This document shows, piece by piece, positions 52,103 to 61,549 of a DNA stretch of 64,000 nt (within the stretch, counting starts at the first letter, position 1; the number at the start of each line of letters is the position of its first letter). This DNA is from Pseudomonadota bacterium (GTDB taxonomy: Bacteria; Pseudomonadota; Gammaproteobacteria; Burkholderiales; JABEVD01). The notes below the pieces were generated by a model. The model saw only the letters and a program-made list of their open reading frames with translations. It ran no database searches and was not told the origin of the DNA. The position numbers and the translations under genes are program-made. The stretch lies in contig JAJZQY010000001.1 in NCBI GenBank assembly GCA_021806605.1, positions 16,937-80,936 on the forward strand, in the 5' to 3' direction.

Positions 52103-52167
52103 TTCCTGAAAGAAAAAGGGAAAGGAACTGAAATGAAGTCGGGAAACATGTTCGGGGGACACTCATC

Positions 52168-53877
52168 ATGCCCCTGAAAATCACATTTGGCGCAGTCAGC
52201 GAAGCCGGAAGAAAGGACAGGAACGAGGACTTCTTCGGACTGGTGACCCCGGACGGGGAGTTGCTTGCCAGCAAGGGGATCGTGGCAGCGATTGCAGACG
52301 GCGTGGGGAGCGAAGCAGGCGGAAGGGAAGCTGCGGAATATTCCGTGCTCAGCGTGCTGAGCGACTACTACGACACTCCCGAAACATGGGAAATCCCCCA
52401 TGCCCTGGGCAAGCTTCTGGCTTCGACGAACCGCTGGCTCCTGGCGCAGAGGGCTTCGCACCGGGAATTCTCGAGCATGGCGAGCACCCTGAGCCTTCTG
52501 GTGCTGAGAGGAAACCGCTATACCATCGCGCATGTGGGAGACACGAGAATCTACATGCTCCGCAGCGGAGAGCTCTCCCGTCTGACCATCGATCATGTCT
52601 GGGAGGGGACCGAAGGCAGTCATGTTCTCAAGCGCGCCATGGGGCTCGACCTGCAGCTTGCAGTGGATTACACAGAAGGCGAACTGAAAAAGGGAGACAT
52701 CTTCCTGCTCGCATCCGACGGTGTATGGGAAACGCTGGGACAGAACAGGCTTGAGGAGCTTCTGGCAAAGCATCCCGACCCGGAAGAGGCCTCCAGGGTC
52801 CTCGTCGAAAGCGCATTCGACATGGGCAGCGAAGGCAACCTGACTGCCCAGGTTCTACGCATCGAGGACACGGCGGAAGGATCGCTGAAGGATCTGCTCC
52901 TGGAAGGAGCCGATCTTCCCTTGCCCCCCCTCCTCTCGCAAAGACAAAGCATCGACGGCTATGAAGTGATCGATCTCCTGCGCAGATCTGAGCAGACCCT
53001 GCTTTATCAGGTGAGGGAAACTTCGAGCGGGCGCATGCTGGTGCTCAAAACCCTCCGACAGGGCGCGGACAGCCATGCCAAAAACGCTTTGCTGATGGAG
53101 GAATGGCTCGGGAAAAGAATTCTTTCCAAACATTTCCCGCAGATCATCTCACCGGAAAAACGCCATTTCCTGTATTTCCTCACGACCTGGCACGAGGGCA
53201 GCACGCTCGGCGAAATGCTTGATGACGGGCATCATTTCACCGTCACTGAAATTATCCATATCGGCACCAAGCTGGCGCGGGCGCTGGGTGCAATTCACCG
53301 TCTCGACATCATCCACAGGGACATCAGGCCGGAGAATGTGCACCTGGGAAAGGACGGCAAGCTGCGCGTCCTCGATCTGGGTTCGGCTGTGAACCCTGCT
53401 CTCGGCAACGAAGCCGAACCTTCTTCCGGGTCGCCCAACCATATGGCACCCGAGCTCTTTTCGGGACAGGCTGCCAGCATCCAGAGCGACCTTTATGCGC
53501 TCGGAGTCACGCTCTACCAGTTGCTGACCCGAAAATGCCCTTATGGCGAAATCGGCGCAGGAAAGCTCCCGAGCTTCGCCGACCCGATCCCCCCGACACG
53601 CTTTCGCCCCGACATCCCGCCCTGGCTCGAGAACATACTGTTGAAATCGGTCTCTCGGGATCCGGATCGGCGCTTCGAAATGCCGGAAGAATTCCTGCTG
53701 GCTATGGAACGCGGCGAAAACTCGCGCATTCCTGCTCCCCAGAAAACGCCCCTGGCGAGCAGGAATCGGCTTCTCGCCTGGAAGATCACCGCAGCCATTT
53801 CGATCCTGGTGAACTTTTTCCTACTGTACGTGGATGCGATAGAGACCCTGAGCTTTTCCTCGGGATCGCCCTGGTAG
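52168..53877 (+). CDS. Bifunctional PP2C phosphatase / Ser-Thr kinase, C-terminal TM helix
   Basis: NED, ADGVG, HVGDTR, SDGV; kinase VLK, HRDIRPEN, DLG, APE, SDLYALG. Confidence 0.9.
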   Translation: MPLKITFGAVSEAGRKDRNEDFFGLVTPDGELLASKGIVAAIADGVGSEAGGREAAEYSVLSVLSDYYDTPETWEIPHALGKLLASTNRWLLAQRASHREFSSMASTLSLLVLRGNRYTIAHVGDTRIYMLRSGELSRLTIDHVWEGTEGSHVLKRAMGLDLQLAVDYTEGELKKGDIFLLASDGVWETLGQNRLEELLAKHPDPEEASRVLVESAFDMGSEGNLTAQVLRIEDTAEGSLKDLLLEGADLPLPPLLSQRQSIDGYEVIDLLRRSEQTLLYQVRETSSGRMLVLKTLRQGADSHAKNALLMEEWLGKRILSKHFPQIISPEKRHFLYFLTTWHEGSTLGEMLDDGHHFTVTEIIHIGTKLARALGAIHRLDIIHRDIRPENVHLGKDGKLRVLDLGSAVNPALGNEAEPSSGSPNHMAPELFSGQAASIQSDLYALGVTLYQLLTRKCPYGEIGAGKLPSFADPIPPTRFRPDIPPWLENILLKSVSRDPDRRFEMPEEFLLAMERGENSRIPAPQKTPLASRNRLLAWKITAAISILVNFFLLYVDAIETLSFSSGSPW

Positions 53878-55227
53878 CTAGCGGCAATAGCCGATCGCAT
53901 CGATGAGGCGATCGACGGCCATGATCTCCATGCCTTCGATTCCCCCCTTCGGCCTGTTGGCCCTGGGAATGATGGCATGGGAAAAACCCAGTTTCGCCGC
54001 CTCCTTCAATCGCTCCTGTCCGCGCTGAACGGGACGCACCTCGCCTGCGAGTCCGATTTCGCCGAATACCACGAGCTTCTTCGGCAGCGCCCTGTTCTTC
54101 AGGCTGGACACGATCGCAAGCAGCACGGCAAGATCGGATGCGGGCTCGTTGATCCTCACCCCGCCCACGGCATTGACGAAGACATCCTGATCGAAACAGG
54201 CGATTCCGGCATGCCGGTGCAGCACCGCGAGCAGCATGGCAAGCCTGTTTTGGTCGAGTCCCACCGTGAGGCGCCTGGGATTGGGTGCATGCGCTTCGTC
54301 GACCAGCGCCTGGACTTCGACGAGAAGCGGCCTCGTCCCTTCCTGCGTCACCATCACGCAGGAGCCTGCAACGTCTGCCTCGTGATGGGAAAGAAAGAGC
54401 GCGGATGGATTGCTTACCTCGCGCAACCCCCTTTCCGTCATGGCGAACACGCCGATCTCGTTGACAGCGCCGAAGCGGTTCTTGAATGCTCTGACCAGCC
54501 TGAAGCTGGAATGGGTGTCGCCTTCGAAATAAAGCACAGTGTCCACGATATGCTCAAGCACCCTGGGGCCCGCTATCGCCCCCTCCTTGGTGACATGCCC
54601 GACCAGGATCACGGTGATGCCCGACTGCTTGGCAAGCCGGGTGAGCTGGGCTGCGCATTCCCTCACCTGAGCGACCGAACCCGGGGCGGACGCGAGCGCA
54701 TCCGAATAAAGGGTCTGGATCGAATCGACGACGGCGATTTTGGGATCGTTGGCGAGCAGTGCGTTCTGTATCCTGTCGAGCTGGATTTCCGCCAGAATTT
54801 CGACCGACCCCGCATCGAGCTGCAGCCTTTTCGCCCTGAGCGCGATCTGCTGGGCGGATTCCTCGCCGCTCACGTAAAGCACGCGCATCGATCCGCTCAT
54901 CAGGCAAAGCGCCTGCAGCAGCAGGGTGGACTTCCCGATGCCCGGGTCGCCCCCTATCAGCACTACCCCGCCCTCGACCAGCCCCCCGCCGAGCACCCTG
55001 TCGAATTCCGCAATGCCTGTCGGATAGCGCGGAAAGTCGGCCGCCTCGACATCCCCCAGGCGCCTGATCGAACTCGTTTTCGAAACGGCGGTGAAGCGCG
55101 ACGGCGCGGACTCCTGGACGGTTTCGACCAGGGTGTTCCAGGCATTGCAATGCGGGCACTGGCCCTGCCATTTCGGGCTCTGTCCGCCGCATTCCGTACA
55201 GGAGTAGAGGGTTTTGGATTTGGCCAT
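53878..55227 (-). CDS. radA: DNA repair protein RadA/Sms
   Basis: Zn finger CxxC..CxxC, GDPGIGKS, KNRFG, GEIGLAGEVR. Confidence 0.97.
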   Translation of the reverse strand: MAKSKTLYSCTECGGQSPKWQGQCPHCNAWNTLVETVQESAPSRFTAVSKTSSIRRLGDVEAADFPRYPTGIAEFDRVLGGGLVEGGVVLIGGDPGIGKSTLLLQALCLMSGSMRVLYVSGEESAQQIALRAKRLQLDAGSVEILAEIQLDRIQNALLANDPKIAVVDSIQTLYSDALASAPGSVAQVRECAAQLTRLAKQSGITVILVGHVTKEGAIAGPRVLEHIVDTVLYFEGDTHSSFRLVRAFKNRFGAVNEIGVFAMTERGLREVSNPSALFLSHHEADVAGSCVMVTQEGTRPLLVEVQALVDEAHAPNPRRLTVGLDQNRLAMLLAVLHRHAGIACFDQDVFVNAVGGVRINEPASDLAVLLAIVSSLKNRALPKKLVVFGEIGLAGEVRPVQRGQERLKEAAKLGFSHAIIPRANRPKGGIEGMEIMAVDRLIDAIGYCR

Positions 55228-55229
55228 GC

Positions 55230-56297
55230 TCAATAGTAGCTGACCCGAACTCTGGGAGCGACGGCACAGAGGAGCTCGTAGCTGATGGTCCCGCAGGCGG
55301 CAGCCACGTCCTCGACGGGAAGTCCCTCCCCCCAAAGCACGACTTCGGTTCCGATTCCGGCATCGGGCATTTGCGATATGTCGACACAGAGCATGTCCAT
55401 GGATACGCGCCCCAGCGTTCCGGTCAGCCTGCCTCCGACAAGAACAGGCGTACCGTTCGGAGCATGCCGCGGATAACCGTCGGCATAGCCGCAAGCGACT
55501 ATGCCGACGCGCATCGATTCGTCTGCTCGAAACATCGGGCCGTAGCCTATCCCCTCACCCGGGCTGGCTTGCTGCACGGCGATGAGTTTCGAGGAAAGCG
55601 TCATGGCGGGTTTCAAGCCCAGGCTCGCCGCATCTTCATCCGCGAAAGGAGATGCGCCGTAGAGCATGATGCCGGGACGCACCCATTCCGTCCTGGTTTC
55701 CGGATAGCGGATCAGTGCCGCCGAATTGGCAAGGCTCTGCGGATATTTCATGGACGAAGTTGCCGCCTCGAAAACAGCCATCTGCGCCTTCACCCCTGCC
55801 GTCCCGTCGGCACAGCAGAAATGGCTCATCAGCACGATTTCACCGATCGACTCCAGGCTCTCCAGCTTCGAAAGGGCCTCAGGATAAACCTCGGGCCTGA
55901 ATCCGAGACGGTTCATTCCGGTATTGCACTTCAGAAATACGCCTATCTTTCCCGGAACCTTGACCGACTCGATCATGTCGATCTGCTCCATGCAATGGAC
56001 GACGACGTCGATGCCATTTTCGGACACTGCGCGAAGCTCGCCCCGCGAAAAGCAACCCTCGAGCAGAACGATCTTCTGCTTGAAGCCCGCCTCCCTGAGT
56101 TTCAGCGCGTCGGCAAGATCGAGCAGCGCGAATCCACCGGAACCGGATAGCGCGCCTGCCACCTCGAGGAGGCCGTGTCCGTAGGCTTCCGCCTTGATCA
56201 CAGAAAGGATTCCGGAACGCGGCGCGAAATCACGGACCCTGGAAAGATTTTCGGAAAGCGCCTTGAGGCTGATTCTGGCTTGAATGGGTCTGCTCAT
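55230..56297 (-). CDS. alr: Alanine racemase
   Basis: VIKAEAYGHG, TGMNRLG, RPGIMLYG, GYADG, GRVSMDM. Confidence 0.95.
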   Translation of the reverse strand: MSRPIQARISLKALSENLSRVRDFAPRSGILSVIKAEAYGHGLLEVAGALSGSGGFALLDLADALKLREAGFKQKIVLLEGCFSRGELRAVSENGIDVVVHCMEQIDMIESVKVPGKIGVFLKCNTGMNRLGFRPEVYPEALSKLESLESIGEIVLMSHFCCADGTAGVKAQMAVFEAATSSMKYPQSLANSAALIRYPETRTEWVRPGIMLYGASPFADEDAASLGLKPAMTLSSKLIAVQQASPGEGIGYGPMFRADESMRVGIVACGYADGYPRHAPNGTPVLVGGRLTGTLGRVSMDMLCVDISQMPDAGIGTEVVLWGEGLPVEDVAAACGTISYELLCAVAPRVRVSYY

Positions 56298-56439
56298 AAG
56301 GTTCTCGATGCACAATGCGTCATTCAATCACAAATCGAGACGGCAGGGTAGGCTCGGGCAATAGTTCTTCGCAGCCCAGTCCTTTCGTGGTATAAATCGA
56401 ATTCTTTCCTGCAAATCTTGAAGAACACAGCCTACCTGG

Positions 56440-57600
56440 ATGAACCGCAGTTTCTACCTCATTCTGATCGCCCAGTTTTTTTCCGCGCTCGCCGACAATG
56501 CACTGCTCTTCGCAGCCATCGCCCTGCTCAAGCTGCTGTCCGCCCCTGAATGGCACGAACCGCTCCTGAGGGAATTCTTCGTCGTCGCCTATATCCTGCT
56601 CGCCCCCTTCGTCGGTGCACTTGCAGATGCCTACCCCAAAGGGCGCGTCATGCTGCTCAGCAACACGATCAAGCTCGCCGGCTGCATGGCGATGCTCCTC
56701 GGCATGCCTCCCCTCTATGCCTACGCCATAGTCGGGATGGGAGCTGCGGCCTATTCACCGGCGAAGTATGGCATCCTGACGGAAATTCTCCCGTCCGGGC
56801 TGCTCGTGACAGCGAACAGCTGGATGGAGGGCTCGACGGTAGTGGCGATCATCCTCGGCTTCATCGCGGGAGGGGTGCTCTCCTCAGTCGACCCGTTTTT
56901 CGCGATCAAGATGATCGTCGGCTTCTACCTGATCGCAGCCTTCTTCAACCTGTTCATTCCGCACGTCCCGATAGACCACAAGCTGCCCAGGCGGAACCCG
57001 GCCTTCGTCCTGCACGATTTCTGGCATGTCTTCAAGCTGCTGTGGAAGGATGCGCAGGGGAAAGTGTCGCTCGCCGTCACGACGCTTTTCTGGGGAGTCG
57101 GCGCGACCCTGCAGTTCGTCGTCATCGGCTGGTCGAACCAGGTTCTCGATTTCTCGGTCAAGGAATCAGGCTATCTGATGGCCGTCGTCGCCTTCGGCAT
57201 CGCCGTGGGTTCCCTGCTCGCTGCCCGCTTCATCAAACTCGAGCATGCCGTCAAATCGCTTCCCGCCGGAATCCTGATGGGGCTGCTCGTAGTCTCGATC
57301 AGCTTCATGGGCAGCTGGAAAATCGCATCGATCGCGCTGTTCTTCATCGGCGCCCTCGGCGGCTTCTTCGTGGTTCCGCTGAACGCCCTGCTGCAGCACA
57401 GGGGACATGTCCTGATGGGCGCAGGGCACTCCATCGCGGTGCAGAATTTCAACGAAAACATCGGAATACTGATACTCCTCGGCTGCTACGCCGGCATGAT
57501 CAGAGCGGCCATGAACATCGACTGGATCATCGTGCTCTTCGGCCTCTTCATCAGCTCTACGATGGCCCTGATCTACGGCTACTCCAGGAAGCGGCTCTGA
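56440..57600 (+). CDS. lplT: Lysophospholipid transporter
   Basis: AQFFSALADNAL, YSPAKYGIL, NALLQHRG, SIAVQNFNEN. Confidence 0.92.
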   Translation: MNRSFYLILIAQFFSALADNALLFAAIALLKLLSAPEWHEPLLREFFVVAYILLAPFVGALADAYPKGRVMLLSNTIKLAGCMAMLLGMPPLYAYAIVGMGAAAYSPAKYGILTEILPSGLLVTANSWMEGSTVVAIILGFIAGGVLSSVDPFFAIKMIVGFYLIAAFFNLFIPHVPIDHKLPRRNPAFVLHDFWHVFKLLWKDAQGKVSLAVTTLFWGVGATLQFVVIGWSNQVLDFSVKESGYLMAVVAFGIAVGSLLAARFIKLEHAVKSLPAGILMGLLVVSISFMGSWKIASIALFFIGALGGFFVVPLNALLQHRGHVLMGAGHSIAVQNFNENIGILILLGCYAGMIRAAMNIDWIIVLFGLFISSTMALIYGYSRKRL

Positions 57601-57601
57601 A

Positions 57602-58252
57602 TCAGAGACCGTTCATGATCTTCCTGGCGAAACAGAGATCTTCCCAGGCTTTCGACTTGTCCATCGGGTTTCTCAGAAGATAGGCGGGATGATAGGTCAC
57701 GACTGCCGGGATGTTTCCGCAGGCATGCACCTTTCCCCTCAGGGACGAGATGGATGCATCCGAGCCCAGGATCGACTGAGCGGCGATCCTGCCGAGCAGA
57801 ACGATAAGCCTGGGACCGACAAGCTCGATCTGCCGGGAAAGGAAAGGACGGCAGGCCGCCATCTCCGAAGGCTCCGGATTCCTGTTTCCGGGCGGACGGC
57901 ACTTCACCGTGTTGGCGATATAGACGTTCTTTTCCCTCGATAGGCCGATGGATGCGAGCATATTGTCGAGCAGCACCCCGGCCTGACCCACGAAAGGTTC
58001 CCCCCTCAGGTCTTCCTCCGCACCCGGCGCTTCCCCGATGAAAAGCCAGTCAGCCCGCTCGCATCCCGCGCCCACCACCGTCCTGTTTCTACCCTTGTGG
58101 AGAGAGCAGGCAGTGCAGGATTCGATGGCCGATTTCATTTCCTCCCAGCCCATCGCAACCGGCTCGCCCGGAGGCTCGATTGCCTTCTCGCGCCTCAGCC
58201 GCCAGAGAGGATGAAGGCCCATTTCCTCCATGGCAGCCTCCACCCGCTTCAA
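57602..58252 (-). CDS. Uracil-DNA glycosylase family 4
   Basis: CxxC Fe-S cysteines, GEAPG, PFVG, KCRPPGNR, YHPAYLLR. Confidence 0.93.
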   Translation of the reverse strand: MKRVEAAMEEMGLHPLWRLRREKAIEPPGEPVAMGWEEMKSAIESCTACSLHKGRNRTVVGAGCERADWLFIGEAPGAEEDLRGEPFVGQAGVLLDNMLASIGLSREKNVYIANTVKCRPPGNRNPEPSEMAACRPFLSRQIELVGPRLIVLLGRIAAQSILGSDASISSLRGKVHACGNIPAVVTYHPAYLLRNPMDKSKAWEDLCFARKIMNGL

Positions 58253-58701
58253 AGTTCCCTCCTCATCACGAGCGCATCCTCCCTGCCTTTTTCTGCGGGG
58301 TAGTAGTTCGGTCTGACACAGATTTCCCCAAAGCCTGCGCTCCTGTAGAGGTTGAGTGCCGCGCTGTTCGAGAGCCTGACTTCAAGATGAAAGCAGTTCG
58401 CCCCCGTCCGCCTTGCCGCCTCCACGAAATATTCCAGAAATTTTCTGCCCATGCCCATGCCCTGCCAGTTCTTCGCCACGCTCAGATTGAGCAGGCTCGC
58501 TTCCCCTGCTGCCAGCAGCATCACGCCGTAGCCTGCCAGGAATCCCCCTCTTTCCATGATGGCGCAATGGTAGCCCGATTCGATGGAGTCGGCGAAATTG
58601 CCGCGCGTCCAGGGAAATTCGTAGATTTCCTTCTCGACTTCGATCACCCTGTCGAGATCCTCGAAGCTCATCTGGCGAAAGGAAAGACTGTCCAGAGTCA
58701 A
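58249..58701 (-). CDS. rimI: Ribosomal protein S18 alanine N-acetyltransferase
   Basis: FPWT, QGMGMG, LEVRLSN, YY..REDA; follows tsaB. Confidence 0.92.
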   Translation of the reverse strand: MTLDSLSFRQMSFEDLDRVIEVEKEIYEFPWTRGNFADSIESGYHCAIMERGGFLAGYGVMLLAAGEASLLNLSVAKNWQGMGMGRKFLEYFVEAARRTGANCFHLEVRLSNSAALNLYRSAGFGEICVRPNYYPAEKGREDALVMRREL

Positions 58702-59369
58702 CGCTCCGACTCCTTGAGCGCGACCTTGTTGCGGATGTATAGCGGAGCCGCAAGCCCCGCATCGATGCCGTTGCCGGCCACCAATTCGGCCATCGCGAGC
58801 CTTGCCATTTCTCGCGCATGGGGCCTCAGTGAGGCATCTGCAGCATCGATCTGCCCGGCATAGCGCCGAAAGAGCGCATCCCCATGTGCCGCGAAGCCGC
58901 TGCCGCAGCCCACCCAGTTTGTGCCGGGAAATTGCGGCGCATCAAGTGGAAAATAGAGGCCCGGCTCCAGGACGACGACGAGTTTCCCGTTCACCCGTTC
59001 GAATGCCGCATGGTAAATCTCGCCCATCCTGGCATCCAGGCAAGCCAGAATCCGCTCGCCCGGCATGGCCTCGGCAAGCGCGTGGAGCGTTCCCACGCCG
59101 ACAACCGGAATTCCCATCCCCAAAGCCAGACCCTGCGCGACTCCGCAGGCTATCCTGAGCCCCGTGAAGGAGCCCGGGCCGGAACCGAATGCGATGCCAT
59201 CCAGTTCGCTCTGCAAAATCCCCCCCTCATCGAGGATATCCGCTATCATCGGCAGGATCAGCTCGGAATGGCGCTGTCCCGCCAGCACTTCGCGCTCATG
59301 GATAGTCCCTCCCAAGGAGAGGGCGAGAGAGCAGTATTCGTTGGATGTGTCGAAAGCGAGTATGTTCAA
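58698..59369 (-). CDS. tsaB: t6A biosynthesis protein TsaB
   Basis: ILAFDTS, GPGSFTGLRI, DARMGEIY, PLYIR. Confidence 0.95.
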   Translation of the reverse strand: MNILAFDTSNEYCSLALSLGGTIHEREVLAGQRHSELILPMIADILDEGGILQSELDGIAFGSGPGSFTGLRIACGVAQGLALGMGIPVVGVGTLHALAEAMPGERILACLDARMGEIYHAAFERVNGKLVVVLEPGLYFPLDAPQFPGTNWVGCGSGFAAHGDALFRRYAGQIDAADASLRPHAREMARLAMAELVAGNGIDAGLAAPLYIRNKVALKESER

Positions 59370-59455
59370 AGCCTGGCTCCAATCAAGGCTGTATTATAAT
59401 GGAATTGTGCGGTCGAAAATGCCTCTAAACCAGATTCCTAACAAGGGAGAAAGCC

Positions 59456-59896
59456 ATGACCACGACGTGGATCCTCGTCGCCAACGCAAGTTCAGCCAGC
59501 CTTTACATGAACAGGGGACCGAAACAGGGCCTGCAGAAAATAAGGGAATACGAGCATGCCGCGAGCCGGGAAAAGGCTTCCGACCTCGTCTCGGACAGAC
59601 CGGGGCACAACAGGAGCGCGGGAAACGGCCACGGCGCCTATAATCCGCCGACCGACCCCAAGCAGAACGAAGCGCAGCAATTCGCCATGAAACTGGCCAG
59701 GGATCTCGAGCAGGGCAGGACCGGAAACGAATTCCAGAGGCTGATCCTGGTCGCCCCTCCCCAGTTCATGGGACTCATCAAAAGCCACTCCAGCCAGGGA
59801 CTGAAGGGGATGACTTCCGACCACTTCGAAAAGGACTACACCAAAGTCGACGCCAGAACGCTGAGCGGGCATCTCGAGTCCTGCATCTATCTTTAG
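59456..59896 (+). CDS. Host attachment (AtsE/baeRF12-like) family protein
   Basis: TWILVAN, DRPG, LILVAPPQFMG, KDYTK. Confidence 0.8.
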   Translation: MTTTWILVANASSASLYMNRGPKQGLQKIREYEHAASREKASDLVSDRPGHNRSAGNGHGAYNPPTDPKQNEAQQFAMKLARDLEQGRTGNEFQRLILVAPPQFMGLIKSHSSQGLKGMTSDHFEKDYTKVDARTLSGHLESCIYL

Positions 59897-60390
59897 CGGT
59901 TCTTCAGCTGCCAGCGGCCGATAACTGAATAGCCGGACGGGGTGGCGCCGACCAGGCAGAATTCGGATACCTGCCAGGAAAACGCGTCGAAATCGGGAAG
60001 CGCTTTTGGCTCTCCCGCCTTCCTCACCAGTGTGACATGAGGAAAATGGTTTCTTTCGTCGTATTCGAAACCGTCAGCTTTCAAGGCCGCCTGCAACGAG
60101 GCCACCAGGCCGGCAAGTTCAGGACTTTCCGCCACGCCCGCCCAGGCGATGCGATTGTGCTTCCAGTAGCCTGCGCGGTCCATCCTAATTTCGAAGGCAT
60201 TTGCCGACAGCCTGGCGGCCATTTCGAGAAGCGGATCGGGCTTTTCGACCTCCCCGAGAAATACCAGCGTGAGATGAATGGATTCTTCCCGCGTCCTTTT
60301 CCCCCCGCATTTGTTGTGCAGCAGCTTGGCGACTTCGGCAAGATGCGCCCTTACGGATTCGTCCGGCCAAAGCGCGAAAAAAAGGCGCAT
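59893..60390 (-). CDS. thpR: RNA 2',3'-cyclic phosphodiesterase
   Basis: MRLFFAL, HLTL and PHVTL 2H motifs. Confidence 0.92.
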   Translation of the reverse strand: MRLFFALWPDESVRAHLAEVAKLLHNKCGGKRTREESIHLTLVFLGEVEKPDPLLEMAARLSANAFEIRMDRAGYWKHNRIAWAGVAESPELAGLVASLQAALKADGFEYDERNHFPHVTLVRKAGEPKALPDFDAFSWQVSEFCLVGATPSGYSVIGRWQLKNR

Positions 60391-60863
60391 CAGCAGCTTT
60401 CGATGAGCGCGACCGCTTCGGCCGCGATGCCCTCTCCCCGCCCTGCGAAGCCGAGATGCTCGGTGGTTTTGGCCTTGACGTTGACAGCCTTCGGATCCAG
60501 TCCGAGATCGGATGCGATGCGTTCGACCATGAGTTGAATATGGGGCGCCATTTTCGGCGCCTGGGCCACGATCGTCGAATCGACGTTCACGATCCGGTAG
60601 CCCGATTCCGCGAGGAGGCTGCCGACTTTCCTCAGGATTACCCTGCTGTCGATGTCCTCGAACTTCTTGTCGGTGTCGGGGAAATGCCTGCCGATGTCGC
60701 CGAGTGCCGCTGCGCCGATCAGCGCATCGCAAATCGCATGCAGCAGCACGTCCGCGTCGGAGTGGCCCATGAGTCCCTTCTCGAAGGGAATCTCCACGCC
60801 GCCGATGATCAGCTTGCGCCCCGGAACGAGCGCATGCACGTCGAACCCCTGCCCTATTCTCAT
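60390..60863 (-). CDS. ispF: 2-C-methyl-D-erythritol 2,4-cyclodiphosphate synthase
   Basis: [24 protein letters not shown]. Confidence 0.97.
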   Translation of the reverse strand: MRIGQGFDVHALVPGRKLIIGGVEIPFEKGLMGHSDADVLLHAICDALIGAAALGDIGRHFPDTDKKFEDIDSRVILRKVGSLLAESGYRIVNVDSTIVAQAPKMAPHIQLMVERIASDLGLDPKAVNVKAKTTEHLGFAGRGEGIAAEAVALIESC

Positions 60864-61549
60864 GTTTTATTCCTGTCTGCCAAAATCATTGCCGCTACCG
60901 CCATGTCCGCAGGATAAGTCACCTTGAAGTTTCGCGGATCTCCCAGCACCAGCTTGGGAGAAAGGCCCAGCGCTTCGATTGCGCCCGCCTCGTCCGTCTG
61001 CGAGGCGGGCGCGCGCCTCAATGCCTCCAGAAGCAGCCCATGGCGAAACATCTGGGGAGTCTGCGCCTGCCAAAGCCCTTCCCTTTGCACCGTGACTTTT
61101 ACCCGCCCATTCCCGTCATCCTTTTTCAGGGTATCCGCAACAGGCAGGGCAAGCAGCCCGCCAGTTTCACCGCATCCCACCTCAGCCACCAGCCTTTTCA
61201 GGGATTCGGAATCGACGCATGGTCGTGCCGCATCGTGCACCATCACCCAGTCGCCCTCTTCGGCATCCATCGCCATCAAGCCGTTCATCACGCTCATGGC
61301 GCGCGTCTCTCCGCCGCAATGGAGCGGGATCAGCCTGTCCCCGAACTCCGACCAGTCGTATTCCCGCCAGTGGCTGTCGTTTTGCGCCAGGACCACGTAA
61401 ACCCCGGCAATATCCGGAAAATCGCCGAGCGCCTTGAGCGCATGATACAGCATGGGCTTGCCGGAGAGCATCGCATACTGCTTGGGAAGAGCGGCATTCA
61501 TGCGGGAGCCTGATCCTGCAGCGGGTACGAGCGCGAAATGCCTGGTCAT
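60860..61549 (-). CDS. ispD: 2-C-methyl-D-erythritol 4-phosphate cytidylyltransferase
   Basis: [30 protein letters not shown]. Confidence 0.96.
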   Translation of the reverse strand: MTRHFALVPAAGSGSRMNAALPKQYAMLSGKPMLYHALKALGDFPDIAGVYVVLAQNDSHWREYDWSEFGDRLIPLHCGGETRAMSVMNGLMAMDAEEGDWVMVHDAARPCVDSESLKRLVAEVGCGETGGLLALPVADTLKKDDGNGRVKVTVQREGLWQAQTPQMFRHGLLLEALRRAPASQTDEAGAIEALGLSPKLVLGDPRNFKVTYPADMAVAAMILADRNKT

